A stretch of 64,000 nucleotides of DNA from Nitrospinota bacterium (GTDB lineage Bacteria; UBA8248): assembly GCA_036231405.1 (NCBI GenBank), contig JAZAHK010000046.1, positions 160,001 to 224,000 of the forward strand, read 5' to 3'. Below the pieces are notes generated by a model. That model did no database searches. It saw nothing but the letters and a program-made list of their open reading frames with translations, and had not been told where the DNA came from. Positions 42,482 through 51,615 of the stretch are shown here, piece after piece (position 1 is the first letter of the stretch; each line of letters begins with the position of its first letter). Made by a program: the position numbers and the translations under genes.

Positions 42482-43228
42482 TTATTTGTCTCGAATCAAA
42501 TTATTGACGTGTCGTTGTAGTGCGATAAAATCAGCAGAGAGGTCATCTCTCGGTCTTGAAAAATCTACACTTACTACTTCCCTGATTCTTCCAGGGTTAG
42601 GTAGAAAGACAACTATCCTTCCCCCTAAATAGACTGCTTCACTTAAATTATGTGTTACAAAAACTATTGTCTTTTTTGTTTTTTCCCAAACTTCAACAGT
42701 TAATTCTTGAAGTTCCTCTCTTGTTTGTGCATCTAAGGCACCATATGGTTCATCCATCAACAAGATCTGTGGGTCGTACGCTAAAGCACGGGCAACTGCA
42801 ACCCTTTGTCTCATACCGCCAGACAAACTGTGAGGGTACAAATCTGCGAAGGTTTCTAAGCCAACGAGTTTTAGAAATTCCATAGATATTTCTCCTCGTT
42901 CTTTGGCGTCCACTTTTCTGATTTGAAGTCCGTATTCTACATTTTGACGGGCAGTTCTCCATGGGAAAAGAGCATATTCCTGAAAAACAACTCCTTTATC
43001 ATATCCAAAATCTAAAGGTTTTCCGTCCATTAAGACCTCACCAGCAGTGATTTCTACAAAACCTGCAAGGATATTCAAGAGGGTAGTTTTTCCGCATCCA
43101 GAAAGACCTACAAGACAGATAAATTCACCATCCTGTATTTCTAGATTTACATCTTCTAAAGCGTGTACCTTTCTTTCCGGTGTGTCGTATACTTTTCTGA
43201 GATTTTTGATTTCAATTTTTGGAGTCAA
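42482..43228 (-). CDS. ABC transporter ATP-binding protein, NitT/TauT/SsuB-like
   Basis: GLSGCGKTT, VFQEYALFPW, LSGGMRQR, LLMDEP, FVTH. Confidence 0.93.
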   Translation of the reverse strand: MTPKIEIKNLRKVYDTPERKVHALEDVNLEIQDGEFICLVGLSGCGKTTLLNILAGFVEITAGEVLMDGKPLDFGYDKGVVFQEYALFPWRTARQNVEYGLQIRKVDAKERGEISMEFLKLVGLETFADLYPHSLSGGMRQRVAVARALAYDPQILLMDEPYGALDAQTREELQELTVEVWEKTKKTIVFVTHNLSEAVYLGGRIVVFLPNPGRIREVVSVDFSRPRDDLSADFIALQRHVNNLIRDK

Positions 43229-43388
43229 CTTGCTTTTTCGCCCCCTAATGAATTTATTATTAAAAATATTAAAATATGAAAGCCAGATCCTAACAAAGTT
43301 TTTCCATAAAATGAAATTGAGTTCGTGTATAATGTTTTTCCAAGTTTTACATTATAGATTTCCATGAAAAAATATTTAAAGGAAAAAA

Positions 43389-44288
43389 ATGAGATCGGTG
43401 AAGACGTTTGTTTTTTTATTGTTAATAAGTTCCCTCTCTTACTCGTTAGTTTCTGCGGAACCAAAAGTAAAAAAATCTTTATCTGATGGATCATTTCTAG
43501 TTTTCATTCCAAGTGGTTCCTTTGTCATAGGAAGTAACAATGGGGATGGAGATGAAAGACCAAAGCGTCAAATTTATGTCAATTCTTTTTGGATTGATCA
43601 ACACGAGTTAAGTGTAGGTAAATTTGCTCGTTTCGTAATACAAACCAGACATCAGACTACCGCCGAAAGAAAAGGTTGGTCTTGGGTCTGGGATTCCAGC
43701 TTAAAAAAAGGGAAGGGATGGTGGAGGAAGGAAAAAGGTGTGAATTGGAAGAAACCTCAAGGTATTTCTTCAGACTGGAAGAAAATGCCTGATCAACCAG
43801 TTTCCCATGTGACCTGGTTCGACGCTGATTCTTATTGTAAATGGGCAGGTAGAGAATTACCAACAGAAGCTCAGTGGGAGAGAGCAGCGCGAGGCGATGA
43901 AGAAAGAATGTTTCCTTGGGGAAATGAACGCAATGCGAAAAATGCGAATTTAAAGGGAACGAAAGATGGTTTTGATGGAGTTTCACCAGTGGGAAGCTTT
44001 CCCCAAGGGGCAAGTGTTTTTGGTGTTTTAGATATGTCGGGGAATGTATGGGAGTGGGTCTCAGATTGGTATGCAAGCACCCATTATCAAAAAATGAAAC
44101 TTAAGAATCCATCAGGACCACTAAAGGGAAAGAAAAAAGTAATTCGTGGTGCTTCTTGGGGGAGCAAGCTGCTCTGGTCACGTGTTTCAAATAGATATTC
44201 TCGAAACCGAAATTACAGGAATAACAAAATAGGATTTCGTTGTGTGCTGAATAAAGTGAATTGGAGTGATTCTAAGAGTATTTTTTAG
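43389..44288 (+). CDS. exported formylglycine-generating enzyme (FGE-sulfatase) domain protein lacking the catalytic Cys pair
   Basis: Signal peptide; PV..VTWFDA..YCKW, LPTEAQWE.AARG, DMSGNVWEW, RGASW, GFRC. Confidence 0.88.
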   Translation: MRSVKTFVFLLLISSLSYSLVSAEPKVKKSLSDGSFLVFIPSGSFVIGSNNGDGDERPKRQIYVNSFWIDQHELSVGKFARFVIQTRHQTTAERKGWSWVWDSSLKKGKGWWRKEKGVNWKKPQGISSDWKKMPDQPVSHVTWFDADSYCKWAGRELPTEAQWERAARGDEERMFPWGNERNAKNANLKGTKDGFDGVSPVGSFPQGASVFGVLDMSGNVWEWVSDWYASTHYQKMKLKNPSGPLKGKKKVIRGASWGSKLLWSRVSNRYSRNRNYRNNKIGFRCVLNKVNWSDSKSIF

Positions 44289-44361
44289 GTTGAATTTTAT
44301 TGTTTAATTCTTAATTAAAATTACACGTTACTAAATTTTTTCCATAGTTTGCTTCAGTTTT

Positions 44362-45345
44362 TTAGTTGCTCCAATTCGGAACAACTAAAACTCCATGAGG
44401 TCCATTCCCTACTTTAATTCTTTTAAAGTTTTTGTGTTTAATTGCGTCCATTACGAAAACTTCTCTCGAGTCGCGATTAGTAATATATGCAAGTTCTCCG
44501 TCTGGAGTGAATGCAATTAAATCTGGCCTTATTCCCTGTTTCTCAGAAGCAACAAGGTTAAGATTTTTAGTTGAAAAAACCTCAACAGTATTCAAATGCG
44601 GAAGAGTAATGTACAGATATTTATTATTTGGGGTAAGAAGCAAATCATGTGGTTCATCTTTAAGTGGTACGGTTTTTGTTATTGTGTTTAACGTAGTGTC
44701 AACGATACTGAAAGAATTTCGTTCTCCATTTGCAATATATAGACTTTTTCCATCTTGGGTCACGTCAATACCCTCTGTATAATATCCAGATTCGATTTGT
44801 TTGATTATAGTGTAAGTTTGTAGGTCAACAATCGAGACGTCTTCACTAAGTTCGTTCGCAACGTAAGCATATTTCCCGTTCTTCGATATCTTTATGTTTA
44901 CAGGATTATTACCACCATGTTTGAAAACTGTGTGGATTTTGCGTGTTTTAAGGTCAAAAACACTTAGATTGTCAGAATAAGTATTTACAAAATAGGCGTA
45001 CTTCCCATTTTTCCCAAAAGCCAGATTGTAAGGGTCTTTTCCTACTCGTGGACTCTTTTTAAATGAAAAGTCTTTCAGATCCAATATCCTAGCAAAAGGA
45101 CTACCATCGTTTATGATGAATGCTTTTTGTTTGTCAATTGAAAGTGATATTCTATTTGCTTTCTTCCCTGCTTTTATAGTTTGGATAACTTCATTTTTTT
45201 TCCTAGAGATAATGCTGATTGTTCCATCCCTTGTATTTGTAATAAGAATAAGTTCATTTTCTGCAGATACTATAACGGGCAAGAAAAACGTGGAAAATAT
45301 AAACAACAGGAGAACTATGTAATATTTTTTCGTCTTTATATACAT
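44362..45345 (-). CDS. exported YVTN/YncE-type beta-propeller protein
   Basis: Signal peptide; repeats such as GKYAYVANELSEDVSIVD, GELAYITN, VGNGPHGV; ATG 45345 behind AGGAG. Confidence 0.85.
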   Translation of the reverse strand: MYIKTKKYYIVLLLFIFSTFFLPVIVSAENELILITNTRDGTISIISRKKNEVIQTIKAGKKANRISLSIDKQKAFIINDGSPFARILDLKDFSFKKSPRVGKDPYNLAFGKNGKYAYFVNTYSDNLSVFDLKTRKIHTVFKHGGNNPVNIKISKNGKYAYVANELSEDVSIVDLQTYTIIKQIESGYYTEGIDVTQDGKSLYIANGERNSFSIVDTTLNTITKTVPLKDEPHDLLLTPNNKYLYITLPHLNTVEVFSTKNLNLVASEKQGIRPDLIAFTPDGELAYITNRDSREVFVMDAIKHKNFKRIKVGNGPHGVLVVPNWSN

Positions 45346-45358
45346 TGTGTTTGGTCTC

Positions 45359-45778
45359 CTATGGTTTAACTTTTCCTTCTTGTTCAAGCCTCTTTTGTTT
45401 CAGCTTTGGATCGAATTTACAGTTACAAAGATGTCTAATAAAAAGCACGAGATTGTTAATGTCTTCTTTAGATAAAGTATTCCCCCAAGAGGGCATTATG
45501 GGCGACAGGTCATTCGATGGTCCTCCTTTGGTGATTGTTCTAACCATATCTTCGTTAGAAAATTGAGACATATCAGAACCATCCGTAAGATCTCTAGGAC
45601 TTACGGGCAGTCTCTTGTTGTTGTTTATACCTTTCCCGTTTCCCAAAGGTCCGTGACACTGAGAGCAATGCCAATTAAAAATCTCTCTCGTTTCTTTAAA
45701 TCTGTCTTTGGCTAATCCTGCACTTACAAAAGTGAAGGTAAACAACAAAATTAAAATAAGAGAAATTTGAAATTTCAT
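45359..45778 (-). CDS. exported monoheme cytochrome c (NcgC-like)
   Basis: Signal peptide, CSQCH, distal MPSWG, C-terminal LCNC; ATG 45778. Confidence 0.85.
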   Translation of the reverse strand: MKFQISLILILLFTFTFVSAGLAKDRFKETREIFNWHCSQCHGPLGNGKGINNNKRLPVSPRDLTDGSDMSQFSNEDMVRTITKGGPSNDLSPIMPSWGNTLSKEDINNLVLFIRHLCNCKFDPKLKQKRLEQEGKVKP

Positions 45779-45785
45779 TTTTTGC

Positions 45786-46538
45786 TCATTTGAATGACAT
45801 GATATATGTAGACAATGCAACCATATCAGTTTCACTTAATACGTGAAAAGCTTTGTCTCCGAAAACGGGCATTCTTCCATTTGGGTTGTACCTTTTAGGA
45901 TTCTTTAAAAAATAGTAGATGAAATCTGGATTAAGCCTTTCCCCAGCATTTACAAAAGATGGAGCGCTTTCTCCCCCAACTTTGATAGGTGTTCTATAGA
46001 CAGTTTTTCTTATGTAGACTTTATGACACGAATAACAAGGTGTTTTTTTTTGAAACAGAATCCTCGCTCTACGCAGTATTCTTCTAGGGATTTTCCCCCA
46101 TTTTGGGACCGTCCCATTTTTAATTTTTGGGTCTTTAAAATCTACTAGAATAGAAGAAATAGCTTTTGCTTTTTGGGCAGAAAGAGAAGGATGTTTGAAA
46201 ATGCCCTTAATCATTGTTCCCCAAATAACACCTCTCACAGGAGTTGGTTTTTGTAACCAAGTTTCTAGGTATTTTTTTTGATATTTATTTCCAGCTATCC
46301 ATAAATTAGGTCCTTTTATTTTCTTTCTTTCACGTAAGGGGACTTTTTTTGAGGGGCCTTGAAATGTGTGACAATTAGTGCATCCGAGAGAAAGAAGTTG
46401 ATTTTCATGATGTTTCATTTCAATTATTTCATTGTTTCTTTGTTTGATAGTTTCACCTTCAGAATTCGTTCTTGTTTCAGAAACTAAAACAAGACATATA
46501 ATAATTATTAAGGAAAAAAAAGTTGTTTTAATCTTCAT
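45786..46538 (-). CDS. exported diheme cytochrome c (NcgB-like)
   Basis: Signal peptide, CTNCH and CYSCH, GPNL..AG.KY...WLQKP, RMP. Confidence 0.85.
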   Translation of the reverse strand: MKIKTTFFSLIIIICLVLVSETRTNSEGETIKQRNNEIIEMKHHENQLLSLGCTNCHTFQGPSKKVPLRERKKIKGPNLWIAGNKYQKKYLETWLQKPTPVRGVIWGTMIKGIFKHPSLSAQKAKAISSILVDFKDPKIKNGTVPKWGKIPRRILRRARILFQKKTPCYSCHKVYIRKTVYRTPIKVGGESAPSFVNAGERLNPDFIYYFLKNPKRYNPNGRMPVFGDKAFHVLSETDMVALSTYIMSFK

Positions 46539-47563
46539 TTTATTTTAAGAATTTTTCCGTCAAGAGTTCTTAGAAATATCTCTAAATTCAATTTTTCTTT
46601 TTCTGTTAGGTTTATTTTCCCTATATCTGGGTCTAAATTTGGGTTTTTAATTCCACCTTGAACATAGAAGTCAATTACCTCTCGTAAAGTTTTGAAACGC
46701 CCGTCATGCATGTATGGAGCAGTCTGAGAAATGTTTCGAAGAGTTGGGGTTTTAAATTTTCCCATATCGAATTTTTTCCCCGTTACTGCCTGTCTCCCAA
46801 TTTCGCGTTTCCCTTTATCTAAACCAATCCCTAAGTTATGAAATTGATTGTCGGTGAACGGCGCACTGAATTCATCAACTAGGTGACATTTAACACATTT
46901 CCCCTTTTTTTTAAAAATTACAAATCCTGTCTTTGCTTCTTTAGAAATTGCGGTTTTTTTGCCGGCATATTTCCAATAATCAAATGGGGAACTTCCTGAT
47001 AAAATAGTTCTTTCATAACTTGCTATTGCACTGACGATCAATTCTAAAGTTATAGGGATTTTCCCAAAAGCGATTTCGAATTTATTTTTATATTTGAGAG
47101 TTTTCTTAAGAAATTTGAGAACCTCTATTAAATTGGCTCCCATTTCTGTTTTTTTTAAAAGAGGGGATTTTGCTTGTTCTTCTAAACTTCGTACTCTTCC
47201 GTTCCAAAATTGAAAATCATTGTATGCAGCGTTAATGATGGTAGGAACATTTTTATTTCCCAATTTTCCTCCTATCCCTATCCCATATTGCCTGTTGTTA
47301 CTGAATCCGTACTTTGGATTATGGCAACTAGCACACGAAACGGTACTGTCTAGGGATAATCGTTTTTCAAAAAAAAGCATTTTCCCTAACTCATATTTAT
47401 CTCTAGTTATAATGTTTTTCTCTGGAATGGGGACATCGTCCAATCCGAGTGGAGTTTCTGGAATAATTTCATTGCCCTCGGAAAAGACAATTTCTTTTAA
47501 AAAACAGAAAGATAATAGAATAAATAGGAGAAAAAAATATTTATTTTCTCTGAAGCAGTTCAA
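46535..47563 (-). CDS. diheme cytochrome c peroxidase / MauG family protein
   Basis: LGKMLFFEKRLS, SCASCH, QFWNGR..LEEQA, CVKCH, FKTPTLRN..TAPYMHDG. Confidence 0.92.
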   Translation of the reverse strand: MNCFRENKYFFLLFILLSFCFLKEIVFSEGNEIIPETPLGLDDVPIPEKNIITRDKYELGKMLFFEKRLSLDSTVSCASCHNPKYGFSNNRQYGIGIGGKLGNKNVPTIINAAYNDFQFWNGRVRSLEEQAKSPLLKKTEMGANLIEVLKFLKKTLKYKNKFEIAFGKIPITLELIVSAIASYERTILSGSSPFDYWKYAGKKTAISKEAKTGFVIFKKKGKCVKCHLVDEFSAPFTDNQFHNLGIGLDKGKREIGRQAVTGKKFDMGKFKTPTLRNISQTAPYMHDGRFKTLREVIDFYVQGGIKNPNLDPDIGKINLTEKEKLNLEIFLRTLDGKILKIK

Positions 47564-47927
47564 TACTCACTCCGTCTGGTGCCTCTATGAAAGCAATCAA
47601 GGTTGATGGGTTAAACTGAGTTGGCTCAAGTGTAAATTTTACCCCTTTGGATTGTAAATCTTTACAATATTCATCAAAATTTGATTTTACTTGGAATGCG
47701 AAATGATCAGTCCCCCATTCGACTCCAACTTTATCTGTAGCAGTTTCACCATTTCTTTTCCCTCTAATAATTACTTTCGCTCCTTCAAAAGTAATATATA
47801 TCTGGGGGGCTCCCTGTATATGAACTGTTTCTCCTCTTTTACCACCTAGCACTTCAACGAACCATTTCGCAGATTCTTGTGGATTCTGACTAATGATGTG
47901 GACATGATCAAAAAAAATATCATTCAT
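47541..47927 (-). CDS. VOC (glyoxalase/bleomycin resistance) family protein
   Basis: DHVH, DHFAFQV, AFIEAPDGVSIEL. Confidence 0.88.
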   Translation of the reverse strand: MNDIFFDHVHIISQNPQESAKWFVEVLGGKRGETVHIQGAPQIYITFEGAKVIIRGKRNGETATDKVGVEWGTDHFAFQVKSNFDEYCKDLQSKGVKFTLEPTQFNPSTLIAFIEAPDGVSIELLQRK

Positions 47928-47951
47928 AATAATCCCTTATTTTTAAAATTA

Positions 47952-48602
47952 TTATTCCCAAGTAATATCTCCAAAGTCTCCTGGTTTGGGATTGCCATTT
48001 GACTCGTATTTAGATAGTAATATTCTGCTTTCTCTAACTGTTGTATTTTCACCATGACCAGGATATAAAATTGTTTCCTCAGGTAGAGTTAAGACTTTTT
48101 GCTTAATCGATTCTATAAGTTGAAGCAATTGTTCGTGGGACCAAGTCTTTCCAGGTCCTCCCGGGAAAATCGTATCACCACAGATACAATGGCCTGTAAA
48201 GTAAAACATAGTCATTCCTTTGGAGTGACCTGGTGTGTGTATGCATTTTACTGATGTCTCTCCAAAATTAACAAATTCTCCATCTTTCAATTCAAAATCT
48301 GAACTAATTCCAAATTCTTCTCCATCTTCATTGTGTAGTCCAAGAGGAACTTTTGTTAGTTCCCTAACTTCATCTAATGCATCAATATGATCTCCATGAC
48401 AATGGGTCTGAAGAATGTATTGTACTTCAGTTCCTTTACATGCAGACAGTATTTTTTCACAAGAGTGCGAGGTATCTATAATGATCGATTGTTTGCTTCT
48501 TTTGCACGTTAGGACATAGACATTATTACTATATGGTCCCATATTCAATTTTTGAAAATTGATAGTTCCTGTATCGAAGTTTTGATTTAGATTGTTCAAC
48601 AC
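47952..48602 (-). CDS. metallo-beta-lactamase fold hydrolase (glyoxalase II-like)
   Basis: THCHGDH, HTPGHS, GDTIFPGG, YPGHG. Confidence 0.9.
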   Translation of the reverse strand: MLNNLNQNFDTGTINFQKLNMGPYSNNVYVLTCKRSKQSIIIDTSHSCEKILSACKGTEVQYILQTHCHGDHIDALDEVRELTKVPLGLHNEDGEEFGISSDFELKDGEFVNFGETSVKCIHTPGHSKGMTMFYFTGHCICGDTIFPGGPGKTWSHEQLLQLIESIKQKVLTLPEETILYPGHGENTTVRESRILLSKYESNGNPKPGDFGDITWE

Positions 48603-48705
48603 TTTCCCCTTCCTTCTGACATCGTTAAAATGGTAATCATATTAGAAGATTTTTGCATTTGAGATCAAATAGTAGTTTTCGATTGTTCCATAGGAGGTTT
48701 ATAAA

Positions 48706-49392
48706 ATGAATTCATCTGGTTTGTCCGTTTCGGTTAATATGGCTATGACTCTAGACGGTAAAATTTCAAGCTTTGACGGAACAAACTTGAATTTCGGAAG
48801 TAAGGAAGATCGTAAAGAGATGGATCGTTTGAGATCAGAAACAGACATTATTATATGGGGTGCTGAAACTCTTAGAATTGCGGATTGCCCTGCGAAAGTT
48901 AGAGATGAAGAATTTGTCAATTACCGTTTAGATCAAGGAAAAGCTATGCAACCAGCTAGTGGTGTCATAACTAAGACGGGCAATATCCCTAAAACATCCA
49001 AATGGTTTAATAATGAACTTAGACAATTTATTTTTACTGGAATTAGTGGTGAAAGAAAAGCTAGAGACTCTTCTGCAGGTCGTGCTGAAATTATAGTATT
49101 TCCGACAGAAGAGGTTTCTCCATCTTCTGTTTTGGAGTATTTAAAGAAACAAGATTTTAAGAAAGTTTTGCTTGAAGGAGGGGGTTCGATTCATTGGAGT
49201 TTTATTAAAGAAAATCTTATTGATTTCCTTCATATTACAGTTGTTCCACTGTTAGTTGGAGGTTCAAGTTCTCCTACGTTGCTGGATGGAGAAGGATTTT
49301 TATGTAGTAATTTCATTGATTTGGAACTTGAGAAGTTTCATAAAAAGGGTAACGAACTGTTTTTGAAGTACAATGTCTTGAAAAATATTTGA
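48706..49392 (+). CDS. RibD C-terminal / DHFR-like reductase
   Basis: AMTLDGKI, LLEGGG, P.LVGG...PTL.DG.GF; no deaminase domain. Confidence 0.8.
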   Translation: MNSSGLSVSVNMAMTLDGKISSFDGTNLNFGSKEDRKEMDRLRSETDIIIWGAETLRIADCPAKVRDEEFVNYRLDQGKAMQPASGVITKTGNIPKTSKWFNNELRQFIFTGISGERKARDSSAGRAEIIVFPTEEVSPSSVLEYLKKQDFKKVLLEGGGSIHWSFIKENLIDFLHITVVPLLVGGSSSPTLLDGEGFLCSNFIDLELEKFHKKGNELFLKYNVLKNI

Positions 49393-49492
49393 ATTTTAGA
49401 ATCTTTTTCCTACGGTTTATTCATTTGAATCGTTTAATGTTCTTGTGGTAGTTATAGATTATCTTTCAATTTCGTATTTAGGAGGCGGGTAT

Positions 49493-50491
49493 TTGGCTTC
49501 GAGTTCAAAGAAAAATTCTAATTCAAAGGTTGTAAAATCTTCCCTTGGGAAAAGAGAACTCAATAAGATGTACCGAAACATGTTAAGGATTCGGAAGTTT
49601 GAAGAAAAAACTGATGAATTATTTATGGGGGGAAAGATTAAAGGAGCTGTCCACGTAAGTATAGGACAAGAGGCCTGTTCTGTGGGTGTTTGTTCCGCAC
49701 TTAATCAAGATGATGCAATACTCACTACCCATCGTGGTCACGGTCACTCGATAGCCAAAGGTACACGATTAAAAGAAATGATGGCGGAGTTGCTTGGGAA
49801 ATCTACCGGTTTATGTAAGGCAAGAGGTGGTTCTATGCATATCGCGGATATTTCTAAAGGACATTTTGGAGCGCATTCAATTGTGGGTGCTAATATGCCT
49901 ATGGCTGCTGGCATGGGGTTAGCTTATCAACTAGAGGGAAAGGGTAGGGTTGTGGTCGTTTTCTTTGGTGACGGCGCATCTAATCAAGGAAGTTTTCATG
50001 AGTCTATGAATTTATGTTCGATTTGGAAACTACCTGTGATTTTCTTCTGTGAGAATAACCATTATGCGGTTTCTTTTCATGTTGAGCGGTCTACTTCTGT
50101 TTCGGATATTAGTGTTAGAGCGCAAGGTTATAATGCTCCAGGGATAACAGTAGATGGGATGGACGTGGTTTCTGTATATGAAACTACTGTTCAGGCGGTT
50201 GAAAGAGCAAGAAGAGGTGAAGGTCCGACTCTTATTGAAGCAAAGACATACCGATTCTTTGGACACTCAAGAGGAGATCCTCAATTTGGGCCTTATAGGA
50301 CTAAAGAGGAAGTAGACGAATGGCGTAAACGTGATCCTTTACTGCTTGCAGAAAAATTGCTGTCCTTAACGAAAATACAGAAGAAAGTCCATTTGGATTC
50401 TGTGACGAAAGAAATGAAGGTGGCTCTAAATTTTGCAGAATCTAGTCCAGAAGCCACATTAGAATCTGCTTTAGAAGATATTTTTGCTTGA
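49493..50491 (+). CDS. TPP-dependent 2-oxoacid/acetoin dehydrogenase E1 alpha subunit
   Basis: GQEA, HRGHGH, RGGSMH, GDGASNQG...ENN, TYRFFGHS; TTG 49493 behind GGAGG. Confidence 0.92.
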   Translation: MASSSKKNSNSKVVKSSLGKRELNKMYRNMLRIRKFEEKTDELFMGGKIKGAVHVSIGQEACSVGVCSALNQDDAILTTHRGHGHSIAKGTRLKEMMAELLGKSTGLCKARGGSMHIADISKGHFGAHSIVGANMPMAAGMGLAYQLEGKGRVVVVFFGDGASNQGSFHESMNLCSIWKLPVIFFCENNHYAVSFHVERSTSVSDISVRAQGYNAPGITVDGMDVVSVYETTVQAVERARRGEGPTLIEAKTYRFFGHSRGDPQFGPYRTKEEVDEWRKRDPLLLAEKLLSLTKIQKKVHLDSVTKEMKVALNFAESSPEATLESALEDIFA

Positions 50492-50522
50492 TTTTCGATA
50501 CACGCGTATGGAGTTTTGATTA

Positions 50523-51503
50523 ATGAGAGAAATTAATTTTGTTGATGCCCTTAACGAAGCTCATTTTGAGGAAATGGATGCGAATGAAAAAGTAATAGTA
50601 ATGGGAGAAGATGTAGAATTAGCGTACGTATTCGGTGTTTCAAAAGGACTTGCAGATCGTTTCGGTAAAGATAGAGTTCGTGATACCCCTATTAGTGAAT
50701 TGGGTATAGTGGGTGCTGGAGTAGGTGCCGCGATGGCGGGGTATCGACCAATTGTAGAAATAATGTTTATGGATTTCATTATGTTGGCAATGGATCCGTT
50801 AGTTAACCAAGCTGCTAAGCTTCGTTACATGCTTGGGGGACAAATAAGTGTCCCATTGGTAGTCAGAACTCCAGGGGGTGGAGGGGTTCAGTATGGCCCA
50901 ACTCATAGCCAATGTTTAGAGGCGTGGTTCATGCAAGTACCTGGTATCAAAGTTGCCGTTCCAAGTGATCCAGCAGATGCAAAAGGTCTTATGAAGTCGG
51001 CAATACGGGATGATAATCCTGTTGTTTTTGTGGAACATAAGATGCTTTATAAATTAAAAGGAGAAGTTCCTGAAGGTGATCATGTAGTTCCCTTTGGGAA
51101 AGCTGCAGTTAAGCGCCTAGGTACTGATATCACTCTAGTGGGAGTTGGATATCAAGTGCAGAACTGTTTGGCTGCCGCAGATGTTTTAGAAAGTGAAGGA
51201 GTTAGTGTGGAGATTATTGATCCCAGGACAATTGCTCCTCTTGATATCTCTACGATTTCCGAATCTGTAAGAAAAACCAATCGATGTGTAATAGTGGAGG
51301 AAGGTCATTTGAGGAGTGGTGTTGGGTCTGAGATTTCTGCTTCCATACAAGAGGAGGTTTTTGATTATCTTGATGCTCCGATTGCAAGGGTAGCGGCCCT
51401 AAATGCTCCAATTCCTTTTGAACCTAAACTTGAAGATTTTATTTTGCCGAATCCCGATAATATAGTAGAGACGTCCAGAAAAGTTTTGGGTGTTACTATC
51501 TAA
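50523..51503 (+). CDS. TPP-dependent dehydrogenase E1 beta subunit
   Basis: MGEDV, DTPISE, EIMFMDF, HSQCLE, DAKGL, DYLDAPI.RV. Confidence 0.93.
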   Translation: MREINFVDALNEAHFEEMDANEKVIVMGEDVELAYVFGVSKGLADRFGKDRVRDTPISELGIVGAGVGAAMAGYRPIVEIMFMDFIMLAMDPLVNQAAKLRYMLGGQISVPLVVRTPGGGGVQYGPTHSQCLEAWFMQVPGIKVAVPSDPADAKGLMKSAIRDDNPVVFVEHKMLYKLKGEVPEGDHVVPFGKAAVKRLGTDITLVGVGYQVQNCLAAADVLESEGVSVEIIDPRTIAPLDISTISESVRKTNRCVIVEEGHLRSGVGSEISASIQEEVFDYLDAPIARVAALNAPIPFEPKLEDFILPNPDNIVETSRKVLGVTI

Positions 51504-51615
51504 AGTTTCATTTCTTGGTTTTCTATTTAAAAAAATATATATAAAGTTTGCTTTTAATTTTATGTAGAATTTCCATCTTTCCGTTTCTGCATATTAGGAT
51601 TACATTGGAGGTGAA

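Noticed and set aside
43225-43494. 89-aa and 106-aa ORFs across the ATPase/FGE divergent region
   Set aside because: They overlap better-supported genes on the opposite strand and show only AT-rich low-information sequence
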